NCBI GenBank assembly: GCA_013239625.1 | Contig: MU054323.1 | Coordinates: 20,791,082 to 20,855,081 of the forward strand | Direction of reading: 5' to 3' | Length of the DNA stretch: 64,000 nucleotides | Source: Lama guanicoe | Lineage: Eukaryota | In this document: one piece after another, positions 11,646 through 26,014 of the stretch | How positions within the stretch are numbered: the stretch's first letter is position 1 | Layout: every line of letters begins with the position of its first letter | Made by a program: the position numbers and the translations under genes | The notes under the pieces: model-generated | Seen by the model: the letters and a program-made list of their open reading frames with translations, nothing else | Told to the model about the DNA's origin: nothing | Databases searched by the model: none

Positions 11646-13051
11646 AAAGGTACAAAATCAAGATATAAAAATCAGTTGCACTTCTACCCACTAACAATGA
11701 AATATCTGAAAAAGAAATAAAGAAACAATCCCATTTACAACAGCATCAAAAACAAAATACACAGGAAGAAATTCAACCAGGGAGATGAAAGATCTATACA
11801 CTGAAAACTCTAAGGCACTGGTGGGAAAAAAACAAAACAAAACAAAACACTAAAGAATTAACAAATAAATGGAAAGATACCCCATGCTCATGGATTGGAA
11901 GAATTAACATTGTTAAAATGTCCATACCACCCAAAGCCATCCATAGATTCAATGTAATCTCTATCAAGATTCCAATGGTATTTCTTCTTTTGCAGAAATA
12001 GGAAAAAAAATCCTAAAATTCATATGAACCATAAAAGATCCTAAATAGCCAAAGCAATACTAAGGGGGGAAAATGAAAAAACAACAACAAAAAAATCTAG
12101 AGGTATCACACTTTCTGATTTTAAACTATTACAGAGCCAAAGTAATCAAAACCGTATGGTACTGACATAAAAACAGACACGTCAACCAATGGAACAGAAT
12201 CCAGAGCCCAGAAATAAACCCATGTATATACAGTCAACTATTTGACAAGGCAGCCAAGAATACTCAATGGAGAAAAGGTAGTTTATTCAGTAAATGGTGG
12301 TGGGAAACTGGATATTCACATGTAAAAGAATGAAACTGGACCCCTAACTCATACCACTCACAAAAATTAGCTCAAAATGGATTAAAGACTTAAACGTAAG
12401 GCCGACAACTATAAAACTTCTAGAAGAAAACATAGGGAAAAAGCTCCTTGACATTGGTCATAACAATGATTTTATGGATATGACACCAAAAGCACAATCA
12501 ATAGAAGCAAAAATAAACAAGTGAAATGGCATCAAATTCAAAAGTTCCACACAGCAGAAGAGATGATCAACTAAATGAAAAGGTCATCTAAGGAATGGGA
12601 GAAAATATTTGCCAACTACCTTTTTGATAAGGGGTTAATTCCAAAATATATAAGAAACTACAATTCAATAGCAAAAAACAAACCACAAACAATTCAATTT
12701 TAAAATGGGCAAAAGACCCGAATAGTCATCTTTTCCCCAAAGAAGATATTCAAATGGCCAACAGTAAAAAGAGCTTAATATCAGGGAAATGCAAATTAAC
12801 ACCATGAGATATCACCTCACACCTGATGGAATGGTTATTATCAAAAAGACAAGAGATAACAAATGTTGGCGAGGATTTAGAGAAACAGGAACTCTTGTGC
12901 ACTGCTGATGCATGTAAATTGGTACAGCCACCATGGAAAACCGCATGGAGGTTCCTCAAAAAATTAAAAGTAGAACTACAGAGATTCCACTTTTGGGTAT
13001 GTATCTGAAAGAAATGAAATCACTCTCTCAAGGAGATAGTTGTGCCCCGTG

Positions 13052-13768
<717 letters not shown>

Positions 13769-14869
13769 CTGCACCCCCATGTTCATTGCAACTTTATTTA
13801 CAATAGCCACTACATGGGAACAACCTAAGTGTCTATCAATGGGTGAACAGATAAAGAAAATGTGGTATGTGTGAACGCACTCACACATTGTAATGCTATT
13901 TAGCCATAAAAAAGGAAGGAAATCTTGTCATTTGCAAGGACATGGATGGACTTTGAGGGCATCATTTTACATGAGAGAAGTTAGAGAAAGACAATGCTGT
14001 ATGATCTCATTTATATACGGAATCAAAAAAATTGAACGTCTGAAAACAGAACAGACTGGTGGTTGTGGTGGCAAGGGTGGGAATCAAACTTCTAACTATA
14101 ACAAGGTCTGGAGATGTACCTTAGAGCATGGTGAGTATGGTTAACAATATGGTATTTTATTTGAAAGTTGCTAAGAGAGTAGATCTAAAAAGATCTCATC
14201 ACACACGCACACACACACACAATTATAACTATGTAAGGTTATGGATATGTTAACTAACTTTAATGTAGTAATCATTTTGCAATATATACATATATCAAAC
14301 TGTCACACTGTACAACTTAAACTTACACAATGTTACATGTCAATTATATCTCAATAAAGCAGAAAAAAATAAAGGCAGATGCTCTAACTTTTCCTTCTTA
14401 CCAATTCAGATACGGAAAACTCTGCAGAAGACTTTGGTGGAATTCACTATCCAAAGGTAATTTTGCAAAAGTCATGAGACACTTGGAGAAATGGATGTTA
14501 ATGAATGTCTGTTTCAACATCACTAGGAATTAAACTGTGGTCCACCGGAATGTGTTTCTTAATGAAAAGAGAGAAGAAACCACCACTGCCCATATGTTTG
14601 TACTAAGGACTACTGTCAGTTTGGTTCTGTATTCTTACTGACTCTTTTTAATGTCAAAATCTGTAACTAATTTAACAGGGTAACTGATAAATTAACTATG
14701 CAAAAATTAGAAGAAAAAAAGTTATCAAAATATTCACAAGTACAAGTTTTTACCTTAATTATCAACCCTTCATACTCTCTTGGTGTGAAAAGAAGACACT
14801 GAAAATGCTTGTTATTGACAATAACAAGAGAAATTCAATTAAGATTTAATTTGTTTATTTTCATGGGAC

Positions 14870-15072
14870 AAAGGTTCTCAGCCTCAGACGATTTTGCCCC
14901 CCAAGGAACATGAGCTAATGCTTGGAGATATTCTTGCTGTCACAAAAGGAAGGGCGGTCACTACAGGCATCTTTTGGGGAGATGCTACTAAATATATTAC
15001 AATGCACAGTACAGTTCCCACAACAAAGAATTAGGCCCCAAAAGTTGATAGTGCTGAAGCTAAGAAACCCTG
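14870..15072. mobile_element. MER20 hAT-Charlie relic
   Basis: ggttctca...gattttgccccccaaggaaca...acaatgcacag...caacaaagaatta...tagtgctgaagctaagaaaccctg. Confidence 0.8.
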
Positions 15073-15112
15073 CTGCAGAAGGACCGTGGGGAGGGGATGG
15101 AGATACCCAGTA

Positions 15113-16014
15113 GAGCTGACCCTTCAACAACATGGGTTTGAACTGTGTAGGCCCACTTATATGTGGATTTTTTTCAATAAACATATAAAAGTATACATGT
15201 AGAACACTGCATGCAAGACTGGTATTGAAGTGAAGAGCCTATTCTTATGTAGGCATAAGGTAAGTGATACTCAATATAAAATTAATAATGTGTTAGTTTT
15301 CTTACCGTTTTATAACTTTACTTTCAAAGTATTACATTATCACACAGTATACCCTTCTCCCTGGTAATTGGAGAAGCTAAGTATCAGCCTATTAACACAG
15401 GTAAGTCGTTTTTTTAAAAATGCAGTAATGTTCCTGATGTTGTATTAGGAATATGACTGTAATACTACACGCCACAAAACTTTTAGAACAATTCATTTAC
15501 AGCGTATAGGCTGGGCTACCGGGAAGCAATCTTATTCACACTAGGCTGCCATAAAGCAATCAGATTGCTGCTTCTGTTATCAATGCATAAATAATTATAC
15601 CTGTAAATAAACATGAATTTCTTTTCATGTTACCTTTTCATTTTCGGTGTCTAGTGTTAGTAATATGTATAACAACTACAGTGTTTTGTATAAGACAATA
15701 CTGATACAGATACTGACAGAAGATTCATCTTGTAAACAGACTATGCAAACTTAATAGTATCGATAAATGTAGTGTATAGTACTATAAAAGTATTTTCCTT
15801 GTGATTTCTTAACATTTTCTCTGCTCTAGCTTAATGATAAGAATACAGAATATAATACTTACATAAAATATCTGTTACTCAACTGTTGTGTTATCAGGAA
15901 GGCAGCAGTAGGCTATTAAGCAGTTTAGTGGTGGGAGAGACAAAAGTTTTATGTGGATTTTCAATGGCACACTTGTTGGCACCCCTAACCCCCACACTGT
16001 TCAAGAGTCAACTG
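15113..16014. mobile_element. Tigger2-family (TcMar) non-autonomous DNA transposon
   Basis: Terminal inverted repeats gagctgacccttcaaca and tgttcaagagtcaactg, each flanked by TA (15111-15112, 16015-16016). Subterminal catgggtttgaactg...cacttatatgtggattttt. Confidence 0.85.
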
Positions 16015-17134
16015 TACAGAGAAATATATGAATGTCATGAACAATAATATAGTTTAAAATGGAAAGTTTTATTGCTTATTTAAACTTTCCTTTAGGCCCA
16101 GGGGCTGATTTTACTTCAGGCCTCTAAGGGGCTGTCAAATTGTCTGGCTATTCTCAACCACGGTGATTTTAAACAGCCAACTGAGTTCTTAGGAACTGGA
16201 ATCTGTTGGGTGCTCTAAGTAAATCCAAGGGCTATGCAACAAGCACATGTGCTCTGAAATCTCAAAACAGTTCCCTAATAAGGTGTTGCTTTTGCCTATT
16301 AGACTGGCATAGCCAAAACCAAACAACAAATAATGCTATTTTCATGGGACGGAGGCCCACCAAACATATCGTGTCACATAATGGGACCACAAACCATCAG
16401 ATATTTTATAGGAATTCTGGGAAACATCAGAAGCCTGTTAACGTGCCCACCGTGTGTTCTGTTTTGCTGTGTTTTTAAAGTACATTCAGAATTATCTTCT
16501 GTCATAAAAAGTCTCAAACAATAAGGTGGGGAGGGGATGGAAAGTGTCTTCCAAGATGAACTCGGAGAAGTGGTAGATTAATCTACCCGGGAGGATCCTG
16601 TATCTTCCTTTCACTTTGTGAACTTCAAATTTCCCCCTTCGAATGGTAAAAGACTCCTTTGTCCGGGACAGTGTGATGGTGTTCCTTTCCAGATTCATCA
16701 GGCTTCTGATGGGGTCTGAGGGAGGGGGTGTAATTCAAAACAAAACAGGTGCAAGGAATAATAACCTGATAGGCAGGAACTCAGCCCTTAATAATCAGAA
16801 CTAATCTCAGCTCTTATCATCTTCAGCGTGAATGTACAGGAAGGTGGAAGATGCTAACTGAGCAGAGGAACCTCTGTGAGGCATGCCAACAAACAGCATC
16901 ACAATGGCTGAACGTCAGCTTTTTTCTCTCTTATGCACACATTCACGGATCAGTAGGGAGTCTTACATTTTTTACAATATTATTTCAACAGATGACATTA
17001 ATTTTTCTAAGCTGCTGCTTTCTTTAGCTCAAAATCTTTCACTCACCATCTGCATCAGTGGTCCTCACATTTTTGGATCATAAACCCCTAACGGGGGTAG
17101 TGGTGATGGTGGAACACCAAGTAGTGCTAATAGC

Positions 17135-17375
17135 AACTAACGTTCACTGAACACTTACTATATGCCAGAGACCCTGCTGAGCACGACCCACATATTAGTT
17201 CATTCACTTAATCCCCACAGCCAACCTGTGCAGTAGTTTTATCTGCCCATTTACAGAAGCAGCAGCAGAGGCACAGAAATCAATTCACCCAAAATAGCAC
17301 AGCCAGCAAGCGGCGGAGCTAGGATGGAGAGGGAACTCCATCTGGCTCCAGAGCCCACGCTCTGACTCACCGCCT
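17135..17375 (-). mobile_element. MIR SINE relic
   Basis: acacttactatatgccag...cccatttacagaagcagcagcagaggcacaga...tctggctccagagccc. Confidence 0.7.
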
Positions 17376-18379
17376 GGAATGCCCTCTGAGCACGTGCTCC
17401 CAGCTCTGGGAGACTTATTTATTCAGAAATGATATACAACTGTATTAATACACTCTGTACATTATACGTCTGATATAAAATAGCAGTGAAAAGGATGAGA
17501 GAAAAGAAGTAACATGCCAACATGCTCTTCTGCACACCTTTCTGCCTTGCACACCACGCTCTGAAGGCCACACACCCCATCCCTCCCGATGCACTCCGCG
17601 TTAGTCTACTCCTTTCCCCTGCGAACACCTTCTGCACGCCCTCCTCCGTGCCACGGCTCCCCCCAAGTCCCTTGTCTCCACGACAGAAAACTGGTTTAAA
17701 GGTTTCTCCCACAAGCCTCTCTGAGCACTCCTCTCAGACACGTGATCTCGGCCACCTGCCTGGCACACACCACAGCCGAGAGTCTCCGTGCACTTGTTAG
17801 GTTTGTGGTGTGGATGGCTTGTTTTCCGTGGCAGCTCACAAGCCTCTGGAGGGCAGAGAATGTGTTATATATTAACTTTTCTTTGTATTTTCTGTGGCGC
17901 CTGGCCTAGTATTATGCACTTAATAACCACTCAATAGCCACTGGCTAAATAAAGGAATAAACAAACACTCTCTACATTTTATTCCATGTCGCTAAGGCCC
18001 AGTCACAGACAGACGGTTAAAGTAAAGATCATCCTGGAGAGAGAGGAGGTGATGTGACAGACACTTTCCTCTCTGCCTAAGCTCACAGGAACCACAACAG
18101 ACTGACTTGACTGGCTGTGATCCTCTAGGGAAAGGACTTTGCGTAGTCCCCAGTAATCTGCACGTACAGTTTGTGGACTTCACAGAGCACCCAGGCTTCT
18201 AAAGCAATGGCATCCTTCCTGGTCCTGTGTATCCACCACTGCCTACTATGTTGGCAGGCACTTCTCTATGGTTACAGGAAGTCTTGAACATACAGACATG
18301 TGTAACCAACTCCATTTCTGGAGAAAAGATGTTTATACTTTATTTAAAAAAAATAAAGTTTTCCTTTGTCTTTTGGTGG

Positions 18380-18730
18380 GACTTGCTCAAGTGTCATCTT
18401 TTCAACAGTGACTATTCTGACACCTCATTCAGTACTGCCACCTGCCCTCCTCCTACCAATTCCTGATTCCCCTTATCCCACTCTACTGTTCTTTCTGTCC
18501 ACAGCAATGATTACCTTCTAATAAATGATATACTTTATTTATTTATTATACTTATTCGAATAAATTGGAGTAAGCCTTAATATAATGTCATTTATTATTG
18601 TCTGTTTCCCTGCCTCTAGAATGCACACTCTGAGAGCAGTGATCTTTGAGAGCCAGGGGCTGTCTCTTCTGTTCTCTGATGTATTCCAACACCTAGGGCA
18701 GTGCTCCACCGATGGGTGTTGAATGAACAC
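18380..18730 (+). mobile_element. L2 LINE 3' fragment
   Basis: tgtctgtttccctgcctctagaatgcacactctgagagcag...gatgtattccaacacctagggcagtg...gttgaatgaa. Confidence 0.7.
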
Positions 18731-20387
18731 ATAAAGAGACCATGTCAACTTCCATTGGACCCGACACCTTGAAAGTCCCAGAGAAGAGTCACTCTTGCCT
18801 GAGAGTGTTCTTTCTACTCTGCCAGAGGAGTCATATGGAATAGTGGTAAACTGCACAAACTGGAAAGCTTTGACCCCCCAGCTCTACTTTGACCATTCAT
18901 CCTGTGTAACTTTGGTCAAACCTCATAACCCCTCTAGCCCTTGGCTTTCTCATCAGTATGATGGGAATAATATCCATCATCCAGAAGAGCCTCCATAGGT
19001 ACTCAATACAATCCTCCCCAAATATAGATACACACACTCCATAACTGGTATGTATTTATATGTATGCATGTGTACATAGGTCTGTAGGTACACGTACATG
19101 TACATCTACATACATTCTTACATACATATATTCTTTTCTACCATTACTTTTCCTACTCTAATTCTAAATAGTAACAAAAGGCTGGGGATACATTGGCTGA
19201 CAAAGCTCTGAACTCCACATACCCCTGGCTGATACGAGTTCAGCAACAGGGCACTGGCGAGTGACGATGATGGTGCACTCCAGTCAGTGCTCCGAACCTG
19301 GCAGCTAAAAGCTGTCTCCCACACCCAGAGAAAACTCCCTAGGTAACACACACCAAATAAAAGCCTTTTGATGTTTATAAGGAAGAGATTAATTCATCTT
19401 CAAAAGTAGCATTTTAATTAAAAATAACTTTTCTGGGCTTATATCCAGATGGGAATACATTGCCAAAAGGTAAGATTTAACAAGATTTAGTTTTTTCTTT
19501 ATTTTTTTTTTCTTTAAGAGCCCAGTGCTTCCCAATCCTGTTCAAGTCAAGGCACACACAGAAAAGACTTTCTCTGGCACTCTGGGATGCAGAGATGCTG
19601 CAGGTGAGTCCCTGGGAGCAGAAGGAATCAATACATGCTTGACGCATCTACAACCATGCCATCGGAGCAGCTCCATCTTAGCCCTTCCTGGACTTGGGGA
19701 CCTTCCTAACACTTTTCTCCTAACTTACACTTTTCTCCCTTCACACGAACACAACTCCTCAGAAAGAATGAGTAAATCTGGCCACTCCTGACAAGAGTGA
19801 GCATTTTCTTTATGACTCACTCCAGGAAAAAAGCACACTGACCAGCAATCTATTTATAACTTACAACATCAGCATAATTTCATGCTTTTGTTTTTCATTT
19901 TCCATTCTGAAATTATATTTTTTCTGTGTAGAAAGTAAACAACAGAGATAGGCCAAGCTAGAGTTGCCAAGTGGAATTTGTCAAGCAATGTTCCACTTCT
20001 GGACTGCCGGAGAGAATTTCTACTCTGTGTTTCACAATTTTGTGCTTTTAAGAAATATGCAAAAGACATTAAAATTCTTTAAGCATAAAGTGCCGTCTTA
20101 CATCATCACATTTTAAGAAGATAGGACTGATCACTCTTTTAAATTATATTTAAATCGTAAGTTGCAATGCAACAATACTAATTAAAATTTTTTTCTTTCT
20201 AAAAATGTTCGCTTCCTTATTTACAAAACTCCATTAGAATGTAAACTTAAGGCTACCTCCACCACTCATTTTCTAGCTGTTTCCACTGCTTCCCTCTACA
20301 GCAGAGAGTGAAGGGTGGTTGGTCTTATCCCTGTTTCTTGAATAGTGATTCCTTCAGACAACCAGCTGCCCAAACTGGCCTATATTT

Positions 20388-20530
20388 GTTTGTTTCATTG
20401 TTTGGGTTTTTTTTTGGGGGGGGTGTCTTTGTTCATTTGTTTGTTTATTTATAATGGAGGTACTGGAAATTGAACTCAGGACCTTGAGCATGCTAAGCAT
20501 GCACTCTACCCCTGAGCTCTACCCTCTCCC
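20388..20530 (-). mobile_element. tRNA-derived camelid SINE (Vic-1-like)
   Basis: Reverse of ggggagagggtagagctcaggggtagagtgcatgcttagcatgctcaaggtcctgagttcaat (A and B boxes). TSD cccaaactggcctat at 20369-20383 and 20529-20543. Confidence 0.9.
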
Positions 20531-21369
20531 CAAACTGGCCTATCTTTACTTCTTTCCTGATTTTCTGCCTTTCTTTTCCACAAAGGCAGTACCAAGATCT
20601 GCCTCTATTTTCGTCCTCATGCTGTCCCTCCGAGCCCAGCATCCCTGTACCCACCCCTATAAAGACCCTACCGCCAGCCCTAACACAGAGCATATCAGGG
20701 TGTTACGGACTAAGAAAGTCGCAGCTTCAGTCTCCTTTTATGACAGATGCCCATTTGGCTATTTTATCTTTTCCCTTGTCTTCATTTCTGCTATTCATAT
20801 GCTCCCTGGTCCCCTGAGGGTTTAATTGGCTCACCTGGTTTCTAACCCACAGCTCCCCACACTGGGAGGTAAGAGCCTTAAAGGGCAAACTGGTGTTTTC
20901 ACTGTGTCTGGAACAGGGTAGGTGTTCCACAGTGTCTGCTGAATTGAATTCAATCTTGACCACTTTTTTATGGTCCCGTCAGCTCCCAGGCCTAAGATCT
21001 ACAATTCCTATGGTTGCCCATGTCTGAGAGGTTTTGTCACACCCTTAAGGTTGACAGAAGGTGTGGCAACCATGAACTTGGCTATAATCTAGGCCCCAAG
21101 GGAGGATTCCATATTTCCAGGTTAGGGGTACTAAACGGGAGACCAAAGAGAAATGAAGAGAAAGATGAGCAGAGGGAGGGAAGGTACAATAAGTACACTT
21201 AAAGGTCTTTTAACAGCTCTAGCTTCTCAGGGTTTCACTGGCTTCCTCTGCCCCTCTTTATAATCCTGATGGACGTCTTTGTTGACAATGTTGTAGTATC
21301 GTATCAAATTAGATTTAAGGAGACCAGAGTGACAAGAGTTTAAAAACAGAGCAAACAGGGATTCTCTCT

Positions 21370-21560
21370 TTTTTTTTTAATAAAAGCATTTTTATTTATT
21401 AAAAAAAATTTTTTATTGAGTTATATTCAGTTTACAATGCTATGTCAATTTCTGGTGTATAGCACAATTTTACAGTCATACATGAATAGACATATATTCA
21501 TTTTCATATTCTTTTTCACTGTGAGCTACTACAAGATCTTATATATATTTCCTTGTGCTA
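21370..21560 (-). mobile_element. Short 3' tip of a young camelid-type L1
   Basis: Aligns by eye to 1505-1645 (ttttattgag...gtcaatttctggtgtatagcacaatttt...atatttccttgtgcta). Confidence 0.8.
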
Positions 21561-21669
21561 TTGGTTTCCCTAGGCATAAAAAGTCATTATTCACATCAAT
21601 TATCAGAGAGGCAGTGAGTTCTAAAGAGACAAGGAGCGCAGGCTTTAGAGTTTAATGTCTTCTCTCTAC

Positions 21670-21865
21670 CCCTGACTGCCCTACCTCGGTGACTTGACGT
21701 AAGTCACTCTCCAGGCTCACCTCAATTTCCTCATCAGAAACAGAAACACACAGAAACAGAGACCTGTGTGTGTGTGTGTGTGTGAATAATGTCCACCATG
21801 TAGGGTGGCCGGGAGGATTAATGAAGTCACACGTGCAATTCATGTGGAACACAGGAGGTGCTCAA
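21670..21865 (+). mobile_element. MIR relic containing a (TG)n tract
   Basis: ggtgacttgacgtaagtcact...cctcaatttcctcatcagaaa, and (TG)n at about 21766-21784. Confidence 0.55.
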
Positions 21866-24029
21866 AATGTTCATTTTACTTCTTTTACGACAAACTTCCC
21901 AAGTGGATGGGCCTAGGCCGTCTGAAGCCCATCCCTGGCTAATATTTCATGTTAACCCAAGGATGCAGCACTACTGCTCAGCCCCACAGCCAGAAAAGTG
22001 GAATCTTTTTGACCTAGAATTCTCAAATGCAGAAGTCAAGGCTCCAAATCAGGGCAGGGCAGGAGGTGTGGGAGACAGAATAAAAGAATTAAAGTGTTCA
22101 ACAGATCCTGCTGGTAAAAACTGAGAAAATTTAATATCAGCAAAGGGGTGTGTAGAACTGTGGTGATTATTTGGATTAACTGAAGGGAAAAAGAATACCT
22201 TTGCCTAGAATGTACAGGTAAATGCAGAAATGTTTTCTGCTTTAATAGAAGCAAAATTTCCTCAAGTACACACTTCACCTTATCCATATAAAAGAGTTTA
22301 AATAAAGCAAGAGCAGAGACATGAAATGAAAAAACTCAAAATTCAACCTTTTGCTTCAAATTGTATATTTAAGCATTAAGAAACTTACCAAAAGGTGAGT
22401 TCAGGACCCAGGAATCAGAAAAAACCCTTCCTCATGATTGTTGGCCAAATTCTTCCTCAGTACAAGAGAACTTTTCAAACTCTAGCATGATTTCTTGGGA
22501 GTGATAAGTAACCTAGTAATAATGTTAAGTCCCCAACATGAAGGATTCTGGCAATAAAAACAGACGTTTAATTCTACTTAAAAGACAGGGTAGCCCTGCC
22601 AGTGTTGTTCCCAAATGAGGTAATGTCCATGGCGCTTTTCTAGCCTTCACTGAGACTTAATGTCATTTACCACTGGCTCTTGTGAACCTGCGGGATAATC
22701 TCACCTTTTCGGAGGTGCATTACTTCCATCTATTTCAACATGGCAATTATGAGCCTCTGGGTTTTCAAACGATTACAAAACAAATCCCACATGTTCTTTC
22801 CTTTTTTGCATGTCCTATAATTTGAGTCTTTCTTCCACAGTCCCTGAAAATTCCGAGATCAGCATATTTCTCGTTTTCAAGGTATACTATAGAAACACTC
22901 TGGGGTTTGATATATTCATGTCAACATTTTTCAAGGAAGTCAAAATGTATAATTCAAGAAAATGTTCTGTGAAAGAATTTGTTTTCTGATTACAAAATGA
23001 TTTCCTGCTTTTGAAAAAAATAACAACTTTCTATTTACTTAGCTGGCTCTGAAAGTCCCATGGAGATTCCCATTCCTTTCAGTTCCTACCATCTCTTTTC
23101 CAGGTGCAGGTCTTTTACTGATTTCAAAGGTACCTTTATGTGGAGAAGGAATCTATTAGCTGTAGAAGGGAAAGAGCGGAAGAGGCCTCCCCATCTTAAC
23201 CCCGTATGCTTTCCTCACAAAGAACAACAGGGTGAAGCAGAACTGTTAAAACACAGATGAGATACCCGGACAGACATGACAGAAAGATTTTCACATGCCT
23301 TTGACTTCCTTTTTTCAACTAGGGTATAAGCCAATCTTGGTAAAGACAGGAATCTGTCTGACAAACATGAATACAATACCCAACACCCAACACCCATATA
23401 GTTGTTTTTTTCCCCTAATAAGCCCTTCATCTCCCCAACACTCAGGAACAAGAGCAAGAGCCATAACTACCCCAGAGGTATATGGTTTTTACCTTCCCAC
23501 GATGTTTCACATATTATGTAGCTGAAGAAGAAACTTTGAGAATATCAAAGGCAGCCCAGAGACAGAGCAAAAGACCGTATTTTGTTGCTGGGCAGACTAG
23601 TGAAACACAAGCTAGACCTGTGAGTGGTGTGCATAGGAAACCAGGCTGGGAGGGCCATTTGTACAACTGGTGAAAAAGCCAAAGAAACAATTCCAAGCTC
23701 AGCCAAGAGCGGGTCTTCAATAAAGCAAACCTGAAGGCTGATCCCCCTTGACAGTCTGAGCGTTCCTTCCAACTTAGCTGCATCCTCTATAAATGGTTGA
23801 AAAGCCTGTTCTGCGTTACTTATAATTGTCAGCCCCTTCCCTTCAAAGACACAGCAGAGACTGACAGAATGCTGTGGGTCTCAGGATCCCATCTCTACAA
23901 CCCAGATAGTAGTCTCTGCCCCTCTCTTCACCACAAGGAAGTAGCGAGGACCAAGGGAGATAAGTGCTTAAGAGTCTGGACTAAAGAAACCACCAATGAT
24001 CCATAACATACAGAACACAGACCAGAGGA

Positions 24030-24330
24030 CCTGGTCTGGGACCCCTGGGGCTTGCACAATCTTTTCAGAAGCTCTATCAGATTAAACTATTTTCAAAATG
24101 ACACTAAGACATTACTTTCTTTTTACCTTCTCGTTCTCTCACAAGTGTACAATAGAGGTGGGTGATGATGTCATCTCTGTAATGACTAATGGAATGTGTG
24201 CTTGTGAGTACTTGTGTTTTATTTTCTGTTTTAGTTTCTGGTTAAATATTGAAAGACAAAAGCTCCTTGGGATCCTCAAAAATTTTTAAGAGGGTAGAGA
24301 GGTCCTAAAACCAGTTTAAGACCTGCCAAC
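24030..24330. mobile_element. hAT-Charlie relic (Charlie1/MER106-like)
   Basis: tggtctgggacccctgggg...aaactattttcaaaatgacactaagacatta...aaaagctccttgggatcctcaaaaatttttaagag. Confidence 0.6.
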
Positions 24331-24384
24331 CTAGAACTTAAGTCCCACTCAACCCTGCATTTCCCAGATGGACTGATTTCCCAC

Positions 24385-24680
24385 CCAGCCTGAGCCTTTC
24401 TATATGCTGTTTCCTCTGCATGGGAGGCTCTTTCTCTCCCTTCCCTTGGCCAACTTCTGCTCTCTGCTTAGATGTCACTTTCTCTGGGAAGCTTTCCCCA
24501 ACTTCCCCAAGACCAGTCGGGTGGCCATGCGATGTCTTCCCTTAGCACATGACTTTGTGATTGCCCATTTTCTGGTCTTTTTTTCCCCCTCGACTCCAAC
24601 GCAAGAACCGACTTATCACTATTTTGACTATGACACAGTAGTATGTAGGAGCCATTCAACAAATATTTGTTGAATAAATA
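24385..24680 (+). mobile_element. L2 LINE 3' fragment
   Basis: tgctgtttcctctgcatggg...ttagatgtcactttctctgggaagctttccc...caacaaatatttgttgaataaat. Confidence 0.65.
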
Positions 24681-25845
24681 AAACCACCAGGAAGGCAGGC
24701 AACGAAACAGGTCTATGTTACATCTAGATAGCTTATAACATATATAACATATATTTGGATCTCACGGCCATCTCTTACCTAGATGGAATTAGTGACTAAA
24801 AATATTCGTTCTCATTATAGTACAGTCTCATTAAAACTATGATAATAATGACTATCTATGTATCTTATTATGTCCCAAGTATTACTCTAAGCATTTTATA
24901 TGCATGAATTCATTTACACACTACTATTATCTTTGGTTCAAAAATGAAGACATAAATGTACAAACAGTGAGTGATGGATGTGAGAACGACACCCAGGCTA
25001 GTCTGGATCCAGAGTCACATGCCCTTAAGCACTCTACATACTGCCTCCCATGGCGGCAGTGTGGATCTCAAACTTACAACATACATTTGAATCTCAAGGC
25101 CATCTTTTAGATCTACTCAGAAATCAGAAACATGACCTGCTATGTAAATCCCACCCCAGCCCCACCCCACTGTGAGTGACCATAGCAGCCACACGAACAG
25201 CAGAGCTTCTCACCAGTACCACCTGCCCCCAGGTTGACAGCTAGGGTTTAACAAAAGACATTTTCAATAAGAAGTCTACTTCTCAATCCTTTGTTGTAAC
25301 TGAGTCTTTTCTAGAACTGTTTAGTTAAAAGCAATAAACATTTTGTATATTTATTCAAAATAAAAGTCTTTTTCGTTGCACAGAGAAAATAGGAAAGTAG
25401 GGTTTGCTACTTCATGTACTATGTGTTATGCCGCAGGGCAGACTCTCCCTGATGTGTACAGCCCTCCCTGTGCCTCTTGGACTAACCTCTCTTTCAAGGA
25501 ATGCTCACAACTTCACCCTGAAACAAGGAGTGGCCCAGAATTTTCTGCAGGCATACTTGATGGAAAAGACAGAACTATCTGATTCAGAGAGGTAAGTCCA
25601 AGGGGGAAAGCATGCTGCAGAAAATCTAGGTTTTAATGCAAAAGGTGATCTGACTGAATCAGAGTGTGACCCTGCATTCATGCTGACGATGAAAAAAGCA
25701 CACTGAGGAAAGACTTGTTCTTTCAGCAACAAAAAAAGTTCCACAGATAGAGCTAAAAGCTTGTGTATCAAATCTTTACCTGCTAACAGTATCAAAGTTC
25801 ATCCGGTAGTGTTTGACAGAAGTCACAAAAAGGGACTTAACTTAC

Positions 25846-26014
25846 CTGGAGAAGTGTCCCATGAATATGGTTTTGCCGGAAACACTGGTCAGTGCAGTCA
25901 GGGAGTTTGGCCAACAGAGTTCGGATGGTATCAGGGATTTCATCTGTCATAACAAACGGGACCAGGGCACGAGCTGCCATCTCCCGGGAGCGGTAGACAG
26001 GTGAGCAACCACAT
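25846..26014 (-). CDS. THADA: THADA internal coding exon, 169 nt (probably human exon 29): (R)CGCSPVYRSREMAARALVPFVMTDEIPDTIRTLLAKLPDCTDQCFRQNHIHGTLLQ
   Basis: Minus strand reads tttctttctttccag|ATGTGGTTGC...CTTCTCCAG|gtaagt. Contained in ORF 25837..26034. Matches THADA SREMAARALVPFV and RQNHIHGTLLQ. Phase 2-0. The preceding intron is 30817 nt. Confidence 0.97.
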
